A stretch of 64,000 bases of DNA from the NCBI RefSeq assembly GCF_000372725.1, contig NW_005202428.1, positions 1,721,331 through 1,785,330 of the forward strand, written 5' to 3'. The position numbers were made by a program, and so were the translations under genes. Origin of the DNA: Emiliania huxleyi CCMP1516. Taxonomy: Eukaryota. Under the pieces are notes generated by a model. That model searched no databases, was not told the origin of the DNA, and worked only from the letters and a program-made list of their open reading frames with translations. Positions within the stretch are counted from its first letter, which is position 1. The number at the start of each line of letters is the position of its first letter. Below are positions 46,142 to 64,000 of this stretch, piece after piece.

Positions 46142-49100
46142 ATGGCGTCGGATGAGGACAAGCTCCTGCGGCAGCTCGAGTTCTACATGTCGGACGCGTC
46201 CCTGCCGTACGACACCTTCCTGGCCGGCGAGCTCCGCCGCAGCGAGGCCGACGCCACCGTCTCTGTTAGCGCGGCCACTCTCGCCGGATTCCCGCGCGTC
46301 GTCGCTCTCCTTCCCGATCTCTCTGCGGAGGAGCGGGCCGAGGCGCTCGTAGCCGCGGCGGCGCGCTCCGACACGCTCCGCGCCTGCGACGGTGGCCACA
46401 TCGGCCGCCGGTTTCCGCTGCCTGCGGACGACCCCGCCGCCGACCACAGCGTCTTCTTGGAAGGGCTTCCGCCGAGTGCCGACGAGGCGGCGGTGCTCGA
46501 GGTGCTGGCGGCGTGCGTGCCGGACGCCGCGCCCGCGAGCACGCGCCGCCTCCGCGACCTCAAGGACGACCGGCAAGCGCGCGCCTTCTCCGGCAAGTGG
46601 CACGTCGAGCTCGCCGACGCCGCAGCCGCGCAGGCTGTCGTCGACGCGGCGGCGGCAAAGTCGCTGCGCAAGCCGGGCGGGCAGGCGCTGCGGGCGACGC
46701 TGCTCCGCGCGCACTACGAGGCCGAGGCGGCCAAGGTGGCCGAGTACCGCCGCAAGACGGCCGAGAAGCAGGCGAAGCGCAAGGCGGAGGCTGAGGCGGC
46801 CGAGGCAGAGGCGGGCCGAGCTTCGAGTGGCGCGGGCAGCTGCGAGTGCGGGACTTGTGCGGGAGCGGTGGAGGACCCGTCCTGTAGGCGCTGCGGCACG
46901 CGCACAAGGAGCACGGCAAGGTACTTCGTTTCTCGGGCTGGGCGGCGGACCGGCAGGCGCTGCCCGACGCCGGTGCTGTCACGAATTGTGAAAACTTGAG
47001 TGGTTGACGATTTGATGGTTGTACTAAGCAGGCGCTGCTCGACGCGTGCGGCGCGCACGGCGAGGTGGCGTGGGCCGACGACGGCGCGGAGGGGCACGTC
47101 CGTTTCAAGTCGCGAGAGGGCGCCGCCGCGGCGCTGGCTGCGCTGCAGGCCGAGGGGGCGGCAGCACCGCCGCTAGACAGCAACGGGGCGGGGCCGGCGG
47201 CGGCGGACGCAGAGATGGGAGAGACTGACGCGGTGGCGGAGGCGGGCGAGGCGGGCGGTGCAGCGGAGGCTGGTGCCAAGCGAGCGCGGGACGGCGACAG
47301 CTCTGCAGAGGAACCAGCCGCCAAGCGACCGGCGGGCGGAGGAGAGGCGGGCGCAGAGGCGGGCGCAGAGGCGGGCGCAGAGGCGGGCGGAGAGGCGGGC
47401 GGAGAGGCTGGCGCGGCGTGGGCGATGCTGAGCGACGCAGAGGTGTGACGCGGGATGGGAGGAGCTGCTGGCCCTACCCCCTGACGACACCTACAGCCCG
47501 AAGCGAGTGTCCCTCAGGTGGACGAGTACTGGAAGCAGCTGCAGCTGCGGCTCGCGGCAAAGAAGGCTGGCGGCGGCGGCGGCGGGTTTGGGGAGGAGAA
47601 GGGCGTGGTACTGGCCTTCGAGGGCGTCGGGCCGGGCACGCGGCGCGAGGAGCTCAAGGCGCTGCCAGTAACACTCTCGGACCCTTCCCGGAAGCTTCCC
47701 ATAGGCGCGCAGCGGGAGGACCTCAAGGCGCTCGCATCGCGGTGGGGCGAGGTGCGCTTCCGCTGCCCCTCGGCTGCCCCTCGGCTGCCCTTCGGCTGCC
47801 CCTCGGCTGCCCCTCGGCTGCCCCTCGGCTGCCCTTCGGCTGCCCCTCGGCTGCACTTCTGCACGTGTCGTTGTGCCACTCTCCTTCTTTGCCTGCCAGG
47901 TGCGTTTCGTCGACTTCAACCGCGGGGACAGCGACGGTTTCGTTCGCTTCGCGGCGGCAGGCGGCGCCAAGGCGGCGCTGGAGGCGCTGGCGGCGGGCGG
48001 GGAGGAGGCGAGCGGAGCGATGCCGCAGATATCTCGGCTAATCTCGGCAAAAAAACGGCTGATCTTCGGCTGATCTCGGCTGAGTTCGGGCAGGTGAGCG
48101 GGGCGACGCCGCAGTGGCGACTGCTCGACGCGGCGGAGGAGGAGGCGTACAAGCAGCGGGTCCAGGAGCGGAACGCGGCCCGCCGCCCTAGATGTCGGAA
48201 TACCTAGATGTCGGAGTACAGACCCGGCACTCGGAGAGGAATACAGACCCTAGATGTCAGACCCTAGATGTCGGAGACAGACCCGGCACTCGGAGAGGAC
48301 ACGCGTTCGGCTGTATTCAGCCGCGCTCAGCTCGTACTCACGCGGTGTTCCGAGCACACTGCACGATACCGCCTTCCCGCCCCGACTCTGATGCGTCTCC
48401 GGACGCACTGCCTTGGTAGGCGCGCAACGCTCCGCCGCCGCTCGAGAAGGGGTTGCTGCTGCGTTTCGAGGGCGCCGGCGCCGACACAGACCGCGAGCAG
48501 GTGTCGGCGCTGTGCGGCGAGTGGGGCACGGTCGATTTTGTGGACTACAGCCGCGGCGATGCCTCCGGGACCGTCCGCTCTCCTAGATGCGGAGACTTGC
48601 CGGTTCAGCTGTATCCGCTGTACCCGGCTATTCGGCTGTGTGCGTAGCCCTTGCGTTCGCGGGCTCGAGGTCTCAAGGTCTCGAGGTCTCGCGCGACTCT
48701 CGCGCTGCTCTGAGTCGTGTCTTCCCCGGCGCAGGTCCGCTTCCGCTCGCCTGCGGACGCAAAGGCGGCGCTGGACGGGCTCGGCGGCGGCGCGGAGCTC
48801 GGAGGGGAGGCGACGGCGTGGCGGCAGGTGTGGGGCAGGGGGGGGGGGGGCTTGGGGCGGGCGGGTGGGAGTGGGGTGGTGGGCGGGCGGGCTTGGGCGG
48901 GGGTTTGACCGAGAGGTGCGGGGGGCGGAGGCGCGGAGGCGTGATGGTAGGTGGAAGGGGAGGAGGAAGAGGCGTACGTGGCGGCGGTGCGCGAGAAGAT
49001 GGCGGCGCGCAAGGGCGGCGGCAAGGGCGGCAAGGGCAAGGGCAAGGGCAAGGGCAAGGGTAGCGCAACCCGCCCCCTCCCGTCCCGCTGACCCTTGCAC

Positions 49101-49355
49101 GTCTCCCCCCCCCCCACCCCACACACCCCACACACCCACACACCCACACACCCACACACCCACACACCCACACACCCACACACCCCACCCCACACACCAG
49201 CGCAACCAGGCCCGCCGTCTTCGCCGCGGGCAACTCACCCCCTCCCCTCGTTGCGTGGAGCAGGCGGCAAGGGCTACGGCAAGGGCGGGCGAGGCTGGGG
49301 CGGCGGAGGACCGCGAGGCGCGCCCCGGGGGTGGGGCGGTGGGCGCTCCCGCTAG
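46142..49355 (+). CDS. La/SSB-like RNA-binding protein: La motif, RRM, three xRRM/RRM3-like repeats, GK/RGG tail (spliced)
   Basis: LLRQLEFYMSDASLPYDTFL; SVFLEGLP; REDLKAL...GEVRFVDFNRGDSDGFVRF; REQVSALCGEWGTVDFVDYSRGDASGTVRF; W..L....EEEAY helices. Confidence 0.8.
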
Positions 49356-49975
49356 CCGTGTCCCGTGGGCTCGAAGCTGGCGGGCCGTAGAGGCGCGGCA
49401 ACGTCACTCGCTCAGGCGTTCGCAGCCTCCTACCTCGCGCTCGCCCCGTCTCTGCTCTCTGGGGGGGGCGGTCGTGCGGATCCGGCCAGGGAGCCACCGC
49501 CGGTCTCTGCCGCGGTCGCCAGTCCACGGGGGCCCGGGCGGCGCGGCACGTGCACCCCCTCGCAGACCGCGCGCTCGCAGTCCGCGTCATGTCTTTTTTC
49601 ATGTCGGCGGGTAGCCGCGGGCATTCGAGAATCAGATGCGCGCACGCACCGTCCCGGCTCTCCCGCCCGCCACAGACCACTTTCCACAGTAATAAAGAAG
49701 CGCTCGCTCTCAGACAAAACACACCCAATGGTGAGAGAGTCACAGAGCAGCAGACCCGAGAGACCGCGGCCGCACTCGGCCCGCGCTGAGACCCCGCCCT
49801 CACTCGCACACCCGCCCCCCCCCTACAGATCATACAAATGATACACGCACCCCTCGGCCGCGCCCGCCGCATGCGCCACAAACAAGCTGCTCCGGCTGAG
49901 GCGCCCAGCGGAGAGCCCCGTGAATTGCGAAGCTTGATCGCGCCAAGCGGCCAAGCACAGTGCTTGTCAGACGGG

Positions 49976-50425
49976 TTAGAGGCCGTACTCCGGCGCCTGG
50001 TAGGCGCTGGACGCGTCGACGACCTCCGGCGCGGCCATTAGTTGGTAGGCGGTGGTCAGGAGCGTGAGCGCGAGCAGCCCCCCGAGCAGGGCAACAGGAG
50101 ATGCGTTCGACACCTTCTCGGGCGCCATCAGCTCCATGCGCTTGGCCGAGTCGGCCGCGCCGCGAACGTGCTCGCGGGCCGATTCTCGCCACTCCGAGAC
50201 CGTCGTCCGCAGCAAGAACCGGTGACGCCCGCCCTCCTGCTCGAGCCTCCGCGCAAACTCGGCCGCTAGTTCGTCGCCCTCTGAGTTGGTCTTCTTCTCA
50301 AGCTCGTCGCCCGGCGAGGCGAGCAGCGGCGTTGCACAGCGCGGGCGCGAGGGGAGGCGAGCGTGCTGGGTACGCAGGCAGAGCGTCGGTTCGAGCGCAA
50401 CGAGGAACAGGAGGGAAAAATGCAT
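49976..50425 (-). CDS. Hypothetical protein with signal/transit-like N-terminus and C-terminal TM helix
   Basis: MHFSLLFLVALEPTLCL...; GDELAAEFARRLEQEGG; VALLGGLLALTLL. Confidence 0.55.
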   Translation of the reverse strand: MHFSLLFLVALEPTLCLRTQHARLPSRPRCATPLLASPGDELEKKTNSEGDELAAEFARRLEQEGGRHRFLLRTTVSEWRESAREHVRGAADSAKRMELMAPEKVSNASPVALLGGLLALTLLTTAYQLMAAPEVVDASSAYQAPEYGL

Positions 50426-50703
50426 CGGGGCGGGGTGCGGATGTGGCCGTCCTACGTCGGGGCGCTTGATGGCGGCGCGAATTCTTTTTCTGTTTTTTGC
50501 CAATTTAAAAAAACTACAGTGCCGCGCCGCCTCCCACGCACACACCTTACCTCGTGCTCGACCGAGTTTGCGATGAGAAGTGACCCGAGCCGCTGGGTTC
50601 CCCGCAGCGGCCTCTTGTGCTTCGGCGGTTAGTGGTGCACTAACCTCGTAAGAGCTACATAAACTGAAAAAAATAACCAAAGCAACGGCGCGGAGGCCTC
50701 GAT

Positions 50704-52584
50704 ATGTCGTCTAGCGATGTACCTCAGCTGGACGCGCCTGCTGTCGTCGCCGCCTCGGACACTCCTGTGGATGTTGCTGACGCCGACGACGGCGTGCCGA
50801 CAACACTCCTCGACCTCTCGACGGACTCGATTGCCATCATTCTTTCGCACCTTGGCCGGCGCCCGCTGCTGGCCGATGTCGTGCGCGTCGCCGCCGTGTG
50901 CACGGAATTGCGCGCGATGCTCGCAGAGGAGATCATTTGGCAGACGCTCTGCAAGTCCGCGTGGTCGATTGCGGATATTGACCTCAGCTCCGACTGGCCG
51001 CGCCTCTCCAGTTTCCGTCTGCTCTACGCGGTCCTCGAAACGTGGGCGCCGCGGCAAGGCTTCCACCACCTGATCGACGCGTACCCATGGGGCGCTTTGC
51101 TCCTCCTCCGCTTCCGCGGCGGCCGCTTCGTCGGAGAGCTGCTGCACCACGCGACGCCTGCCGGCGGCTTCAAGTGCGCGGCGCAGGAGCCCGTGACCAT
51201 CCTCGAGGTCGACTTCGCGGCGCCGCCGCCAGCGCCGGAGGGTGGTCCGGCGGCCGCGGCAGCCCTCGGCACAGAGGACGCGCTGCCGGCGTGGCTGCGC
51301 GCCGCGCGCAACCCGACGATGCGCTGGTGCGGCGACCGGGTGGTGGCGTGCACCACGTGTGCGGAGGCGCCCCGCGTGCTCTGCAACGACGTGATCCCGG
51401 CCGCACGCCTCTTTCAGGAAGCGAGCGGCGTTGGATTCCAATCCACCGATGCAGCAGCGGACCGCTCGCTCGTGCCCAGCCGCGTGCAGTGCCGCCAGTA
51501 CCTGCAAGTGCAGCTGGGAAGCGAGCCACCGAGGGCGGCCGCGGACGGCCGCAGCAGCGCGGCGCCTTCGCATCCTGCCGCCGCGGGCTCGCGTAGTAGC
51601 GGAGACCACGACGAGAGAGAGGACGACGACGAGGCGGCATCCGAGGCGGCATCCGAGGATGCGTCGGAGGAGTCGTCGGACTCCGCCGAGCCTCTTGCTC
51701 GGGCAGACGACGCGATGGAGCTGCGGGCGCTGTGGGCGCCCACGCGGGCCACACCCCGTGGGGTGACGACCGAAGGCGAGATGTGGCGGCAGCGGCTGCG
51801 CAGGCTGCCCGACCACTGCGCGAGGCGGCGCGTGACGCTCGGCCTCGTCGATGGGCCGACGCCTGCCTCGCTCGCGTCGCCCGGCGGTGGGCAGGCGCCC
51901 ACGTGCGTGCGCTCTGGCATGTACATTGGAGACTACTCGCACAATTCGCAGTACGGGCTCTACGGCAACGAGGCACTGCTGCTCCAGAGGCGCACCTTCG
52001 ACCTGGGCCCTCTCGTCGGCCGCTCCGACTTGTCTGCGGACGACGGCGACTTCGCCGCGTTGCGCGCTCTGTTCGGGCGGGGCCAGGCCAACGAACCGCT
52101 GAGCACGCCCGTCTTAGACCTGCTGCAGTGGCTGCGGCTCGGGTCGGCGTCGCACTGCACGATGCTCATCGGCCGCAAGGTGACCGGCGACATGCACGTG
52201 CCGATGGGCGCGGCGACCTTTGTGGCTCTCCTCGAGCCGCCGCCGCCCGCAGTGCTCGGTGTCCGGCTCAACGCTCCGCCGACGCCGCCCGTGCCGACGG
52301 TGGCGATGACGCGCGGCGGCGAGGAGCGCGTGGTGCGCGGGTGGCTCGGGTTTGGCACGCTGGCCTTTCCCGGGTTTGGCAACCCGCAGTGGGACCCGGG
52401 CTGGCTCGTGCAGCTCGAGGACGATGCCGACGGCCGCCGCTTCGCCTTCGTGTGGGGCTCGCGCCAGGGCGACAGCGCCAACATGCTCACGCAGGTCGTC
52501 GCGCAGAGCACGGCCGTCTTCGTGGGCGAGGATGACCGCATGCGCCCGTACTGGCCGCCGGCCACGCCGCAGACGCCGGAGTGA
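50704..52584 (+). CDS. F-box protein with FBXO31/cyclin D1-binding-like (DUF3506) C-terminal domain
   Basis: LLDLSTDSIAIILSHL...VAAVCTELR......IWQTLC; GMYIGDYS....YGNE; GRKVTGDMHVPMG; GFGTLAFPGF.NPQW.PG. Confidence 0.78.
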   Translation: MSSSDVPQLDAPAVVAASDTPVDVADADDGVPTTLLDLSTDSIAIILSHLGRRPLLADVVRVAAVCTELRAMLAEEIIWQTLCKSAWSIADIDLSSDWPRLSSFRLLYAVLETWAPRQGFHHLIDAYPWGALLLLRFRGGRFVGELLHHATPAGGFKCAAQEPVTILEVDFAAPPPAPEGGPAAAAALGTEDALPAWLRAARNPTMRWCGDRVVACTTCAEAPRVLCNDVIPAARLFQEASGVGFQSTDAAADRSLVPSRVQCRQYLQVQLGSEPPRAAADGRSSAAPSHPAAAGSRSSGDHDEREDDDEAASEAASEDASEESSDSAEPLARADDAMELRALWAPTRATPRGVTTEGEMWRQRLRRLPDHCARRRVTLGLVDGPTPASLASPGGGQAPTCVRSGMYIGDYSHNSQYGLYGNEALLLQRRTFDLGPLVGRSDLSADDGDFAALRALFGRGQANEPLSTPVLDLLQWLRLGSASHCTMLIGRKVTGDMHVPMGAATFVALLEPPPPAVLGVRLNAPPTPPVPTVAMTRGGEERVVRGWLGFGTLAFPGFGNPQWDPGWLVQLEDDADGRRFAFVWGSRQGDSANMLTQVVAQSTAVFVGEDDRMRPYWPPATPQTPE

Positions 52585-52851
52585 GTGTGGGTTTGGTTCA
52601 GCTTCACAGGTTGGGTTGGTTCGTCGTTTGGTTTAGGTATAGCCTGGACATGCCAAACATTTTTCGCGAGCAGCCGAGCGTACCGCGCGAGCACCCGCCG
52701 AGCCCATCTTCGCCGCCGCCGCTGCTGCCATCTACGGCCTCGCCGTAAAGGAAGCGAGGTCGGGCACGTGGCGGCGCGGTAGGATCCACACGCATTACTC
52801 CGAGGGCGGCGCAAACGGCACGAACGCGACAAAGTGCGCAGTCGCGTACGG

Positions 52852-53760
52852 CTAATCGTAACGGCCGCGGCGAAGCCCGGGGCCGCCAAACTGCGGGCCG
52901 TCGCCAAGCCTACCGGGCCTGCCTGCCTGCCCGGACTGCGGCGGCGGCCGACGGCCGCCTGGCTGGCCTGCGGCGGGTCCTGCGGCGGGTACTGCGGCTC
53001 CTACGGCGGGTCCTGCGGCGGGTGGGACTCGCTGCCTCTGCAGCTGCCGGAGGGAGCTCAAGGCCGCTTCTTGCGCTTGCGCTGCTGCCTGCGCGTTGGC
53101 AGCCAGCTCTGCCGCCGCCTGGGCGACCGCCTGCGCCGCTGTCTGCGCCGCCTCCGCCTCCGCCTCCGCCTCCGCCTCCGCCTGCGCGGCCTGCGACGCC
53201 GCTCCCGCAGCCTCGGTCTGCAGGCGGGACATTGACTCGCCCGCCTCCTGCGCCGCCTCGTCGGTCGCCTTTGCCGCCATCTCAAACCGCGCGACCCGCG
53301 CCAAGGCCTCACTCATCGCCTCGGCCTCCGCCTCTGCCACAGCGGCGGCGTCTGCCGCCTTTTGCGACTGCGCGCGGGCCTCGGCCTCGGCCTGCGCAAG
53401 CGTGGTTGCCGCCAGCTCCGCCTCATGCTCCGCCGTCTGTAGCACGGCTTGAGCCTCAACTGCCTCTTGCGCCCGCACCTCTGCCGCCCGCGCTGACGTT
53501 TCTGCTTGCGCCGCAGCCTGCGCCCACGCGTCTCTCGTCGACTCGGCGTGCGCCTGAAGCTGCTGAAAATCCCCCATAGAGCCGCTGCTCATACCCAAAA
53601 CCCTGGATCGAGGGTGGCGCTCCGCCGCTTGGTGGTCCTTCGACGCTGGCACCGGTGAGGAAGCACTCGATGATCCGCTTGTCACCATGCGGCTCTTGTG
53701 CCACTTGTGGGTCAGTGGTGCGCTGTAGGCGAGGGCGGACGCAAGAAGAGCCAGCAGCAT
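52852..53760 (-). CDS. Hypothetical secreted/organellar Ala/Glu/Gln-rich coiled-coil protein
   Basis: MLLALLASALAYSAP signal peptide followed by a long helical low-complexity ORF. Confidence 0.55.
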   Translation of the reverse strand: MLLALLASALAYSAPLTHKWHKSRMVTSGSSSASSPVPASKDHQAAERHPRSRVLGMSSGSMGDFQQLQAHAESTRDAWAQAAAQAETSARAAEVRAQEAVEAQAVLQTAEHEAELAATTLAQAEAEARAQSQKAADAAAVAEAEAEAMSEALARVARFEMAAKATDEAAQEAGESMSRLQTEAAGAASQAAQAEAEAEAEAEAAQTAAQAVAQAAAELAANAQAAAQAQEAALSSLRQLQRQRVPPAAGPAVGAAVPAAGPAAGQPGGRRPPPQSGQAGRPGRLGDGPQFGGPGLRRGRYD

Positions 53761-53855
53761 TTGGGACAGGATTGTAGATCACACGTGCGCTAGGCTTTCT
53801 TATTTGGGGGGGGGGGGGGGGCCGCGAAATCCCCTACCATTGATTATTATTCAGC

Positions 53856-61397
<7,542 letters not shown>

Positions 61398-61635
61398 GCA
61401 AAAACACTCAACCAACGATCAAGAGGGGAAAGAATTCTGCACGCCACCGGACAGCGACGCGCGCCACGCGTCGCTCCGCGAGGGCGCGCGCCAACCACGA
61501 TTCGAACCGGGCCAAAAGGCGCCGGAGCGAACCGCGGTCCGGTCGCGCCACCGCGGCTGCGGGGTTGATAGAGAGAGCATGCCGGCTGCACCTCCTCATG
61601 TACCTCCGCTTTTGGGTGGAGGTGCACGCGCTGCT

Positions 61636-62130
61636 GACGGCGCTCGCCGGCGTTTGCGGCGCTATGGCGCTCGCGGCGCGCTCGTGGCGTTCAGGGCGGC
61701 TCGCACAGCGCCCACACACGCACGCACACACACACACACACACAACACACACACACACATGCATGCACAGACACACAGCCCCTTCCCCCTCAAGACCTCG
61801 AGGACGAGGACACACCACAGGACGCACCTCTAGCGAGGCCCGCATAGTAATGTGGGTGACTCCTGCCGCCGCCCCTGCCACCCCTGTCAGTGTGCCTGTG
61901 GTTGCGAGAGACTGCCAGTGAGAAGCTGGAGGCAGGTCGCTAGACTGAGATGAGACCGCCAGTGGAGTTGGGAGTCCACCGTGCACCGCGCTGCGGGCCT
62001 GTCGTGTCATCCTTGTCAGGGGAGCAGGAGAGCCCCACCTGTGCCCCTGATCGTCCTTCCAAAATCCTGCTCGTGCAGGTGAGGACCCTGTCCTCCTCCC
62101 CTATCCCTCGTTTGGGTGGTCTGTTTCTTT
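61636..62130 (+). repeat. Dispersed repeat family A, copy 2
   Basis: Collinear with 3270-3807 but with a shorter (CA)n tract. Confidence 0.85.
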
Positions 62131-62701
62131 AGCGGCGAGTCGCAATCCAGGGGTCGTTGTGGCGGGCCACCCTGTCCAGAGAGGCACAGGTGCCAATCTG
62201 GGGTCTTTCGACCGAGTCTATGAGCCCTGGCCGCCTCCCGGTGGTGGCAAGGTTGAGCAACCGAGAGGCAGAGATGGTGCGGGGGTACGGGTGTTCCAGG
62301 GGGTCACGACACGCACCGACCCTTCACGAACCGAAAGGCTGTGCCCGGGGAAGGCACAGAGAAGGCACAGCAGTAATCCGGCACGTGTTGGGCGCCCCAT
62401 GTTCCGTTTGGCGGCTAGGTCGGCTCAGGGCCCCGTCCACTTCTCCCTCCCACTTGGCGCGTGATGTTGAAGAGATGCCGGCCGGGCCAGCCAGGGCGGG
62501 GATGGGGGGGCGAGGGCGGAGGGCGGGATTGGCGCCAAGCGGGAGGGAGGGAGCGGACGGGGTGGAACGCATAGATGGGGGATGGCGAACGAAGGCGGAG
62601 GGCGGAAAGGTGGGAGGGCGACGGAAGTTGGCATGGGTGGGCGGCGGGTGGTTCGGAGGGGCGGGGGCGGGGGCGAGGCTGGGCGTCCTCCCATCCCTCT
62701 C

Positions 62702-63080
62702 GAGCACTTGAGCACTGGATAGGGTCGATTCCGCATGGTACGGGACCCCTCGATCGTCTCGCCCTCCCTCACTGGTGTGTTCATTGGGGGGGGGTCATAT
62801 TACAAACACAGTACAGGATCGAGGTGCACGCTGCTGAAGCAGTGTCGTCCCCCCTCTCCATCACCTCTCTGGGAGGCGTCGGCGGTGATGGCGGCGTGAC
62901 CGATCGAGCTACAAGGGGAGCTTGTTCAGCAGGATCCGGGTGGGCGGAGCAGTCCCTCACTTCCTCAAATGGGTGAGCCTCAGAACCCCAGCCCTCCAGC
63001 CCATCACCCATCGGCTCATGTGGATTCGAACCACCGCCGGGATGGATGCTTCCTGCTTCCATCAATGTCCCATCTGATTA
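62702..63080 (-). mobile_element. SINE-like family C, inverted copy
   Basis: Reverse complement of ~45627-46000; carries a perfect GGTTCGAATCC B-box in a GTGG/CCAC stem. Confidence 0.65.
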
Positions 63081-63673
63081 ATTCCAATTTCCTCCTGTGC
63101 AAGAGCGGAGAGGGCTCGGACGGCGCGTGGCGGGGGAGGGCAGGCATGGAATGGGCGCGGGGGAGGGAGGGGGGGCTCAGCCGTGCCGAAAAGCATCAAC
63201 TAAAAATTAATGCCATCCCTCTCCTTAATCCTTAAAATCCCTGGTGGTGGCGGCGTGCCGTCCTCCCATCCCTCCCTTGGGTTGTCTGTTTTCTTTCGTT
63301 TCCTCCCTTGGGTTGCCTGTTTCTTTCTTCCTTTTTTACTGGCCAAGCAGTTTTGTTTTACTGGCCTGGCACTGACAGAGAGAGTCGTGATTTCTTGTTG
63401 GTTAATAAAAATCTCTCTCTGGCAGACAAACACAAAACAAATCTCTCTCTCTGGTCTCTCTCTCTCTGGCAGAACACGATAAAGAAGAATTGAAAAATTA
63501 AAGAAAAACAAGCAATAAACGTACAGACTGCTCAACGAGGGACAGAAGAATTCGAAGACGCTCGGAGAAAAAAAAAACCGCGCGCCGCGCGCCGACTTCA
63601 GCGTGTTATTACTCCTCCTTCCAGGACCATCGTTCCTCCTGGCAGCCTACTTGCTGCTGTCTCCTACTTCAGC

Positions 63674-64000
63674 ATGGCGCTACTCAGCCTGCTTGCGCTG
63701 CTGCCGCTGGCGCAGGCTGCACAGAACGTCTTCATCCCCTTCAACGCTAAAGCCCAGGAGCAGCCCGTCATCTCGGACGCCAACGATGCAAACCCGGGTG
63801 ACCACGTAACTGAGGTCGACATCACGCTGTGTGAGGTGCTGCTGGTGGCTCACGATTCGGAGCTCGACGTGAAAGCCAGCCAGTACTCTCGCTCTTACTT
63901 TCTCGGAGCCGACATAGCCTGCAGCAACGTCATCATGGACGCGAGCACGCTGTCTGTGGGCGGACCTACCATCAAGGTGAAGCCTGGCGACCAAATGCGG
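63674..64000 (+). CDS. Multicopper oxidase, N-terminal part (runs off the window; absent from the ORF track)
   Basis: My translation: MALLSLLALLPLAQA (signal peptide)...SVGGPTIKVKPGDQMR, matching the first cupredoxin domain motif GPT(I/L)xxxPGD. Confidence 0.65.
   Translation, partial: MALLSLLALLPLAQAAQNVFIPFNAKAQEQPVISDANDANPGDHVTEVDITLCEVLLVAHDSELDVKASQYSRSYFLGADIACSNVIMDASTLSVGGPTIKVKPGDQMR

Overview
High-GC, intron-rich eukaryotic genomic DNA. GC-AG introns, 10-11 bp tandem repeats inside introns and algal-type genes suggest a haptophyte such as Emiliania/Gephyrocapsa; this is inference. Host genes: ACC deaminase/D-cysteine desulfhydrase family, GT43, a pectin acetylesterase + sialate O-acetylesterase + S28 peptidase fusion, HEI10-like RING, TerC, GT2-like, FNR-like oxidoreductase, SOUL, NXPE/SGNH-like, La-like, FBXO31-like F-box, KDM5/JARID1 and the 5' end of a multicopper oxidase. 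The main accessory feature is an apparently intact ~15.1 kb rolling-circle transposon of Helitron2/Helentron type (~14121-29250). It has two pairs of crossed asymmetric inverted repeats plus terminal hairpins and an accessory Zn-motif ORF. Its spliced ~3,230 aa HUH-Rep/PIF1-helicase carries a BSD-like insert and a C-terminal cysteine-protease-like domain, and the gene is bracketed by ~445 bp LTR-like direct repeats. The element ends ~95 bp upstream of HEI10. Also present: a family of homologous introns shared by unrelated genes (Introner-like), many introns whose 5' end duplicates the start of the next exon, two TIR elements, a SINE-like family with a TSD-flanked truncated copy, and a structured repeat array. 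All calls come from reading motifs by eye; no database searches were run.
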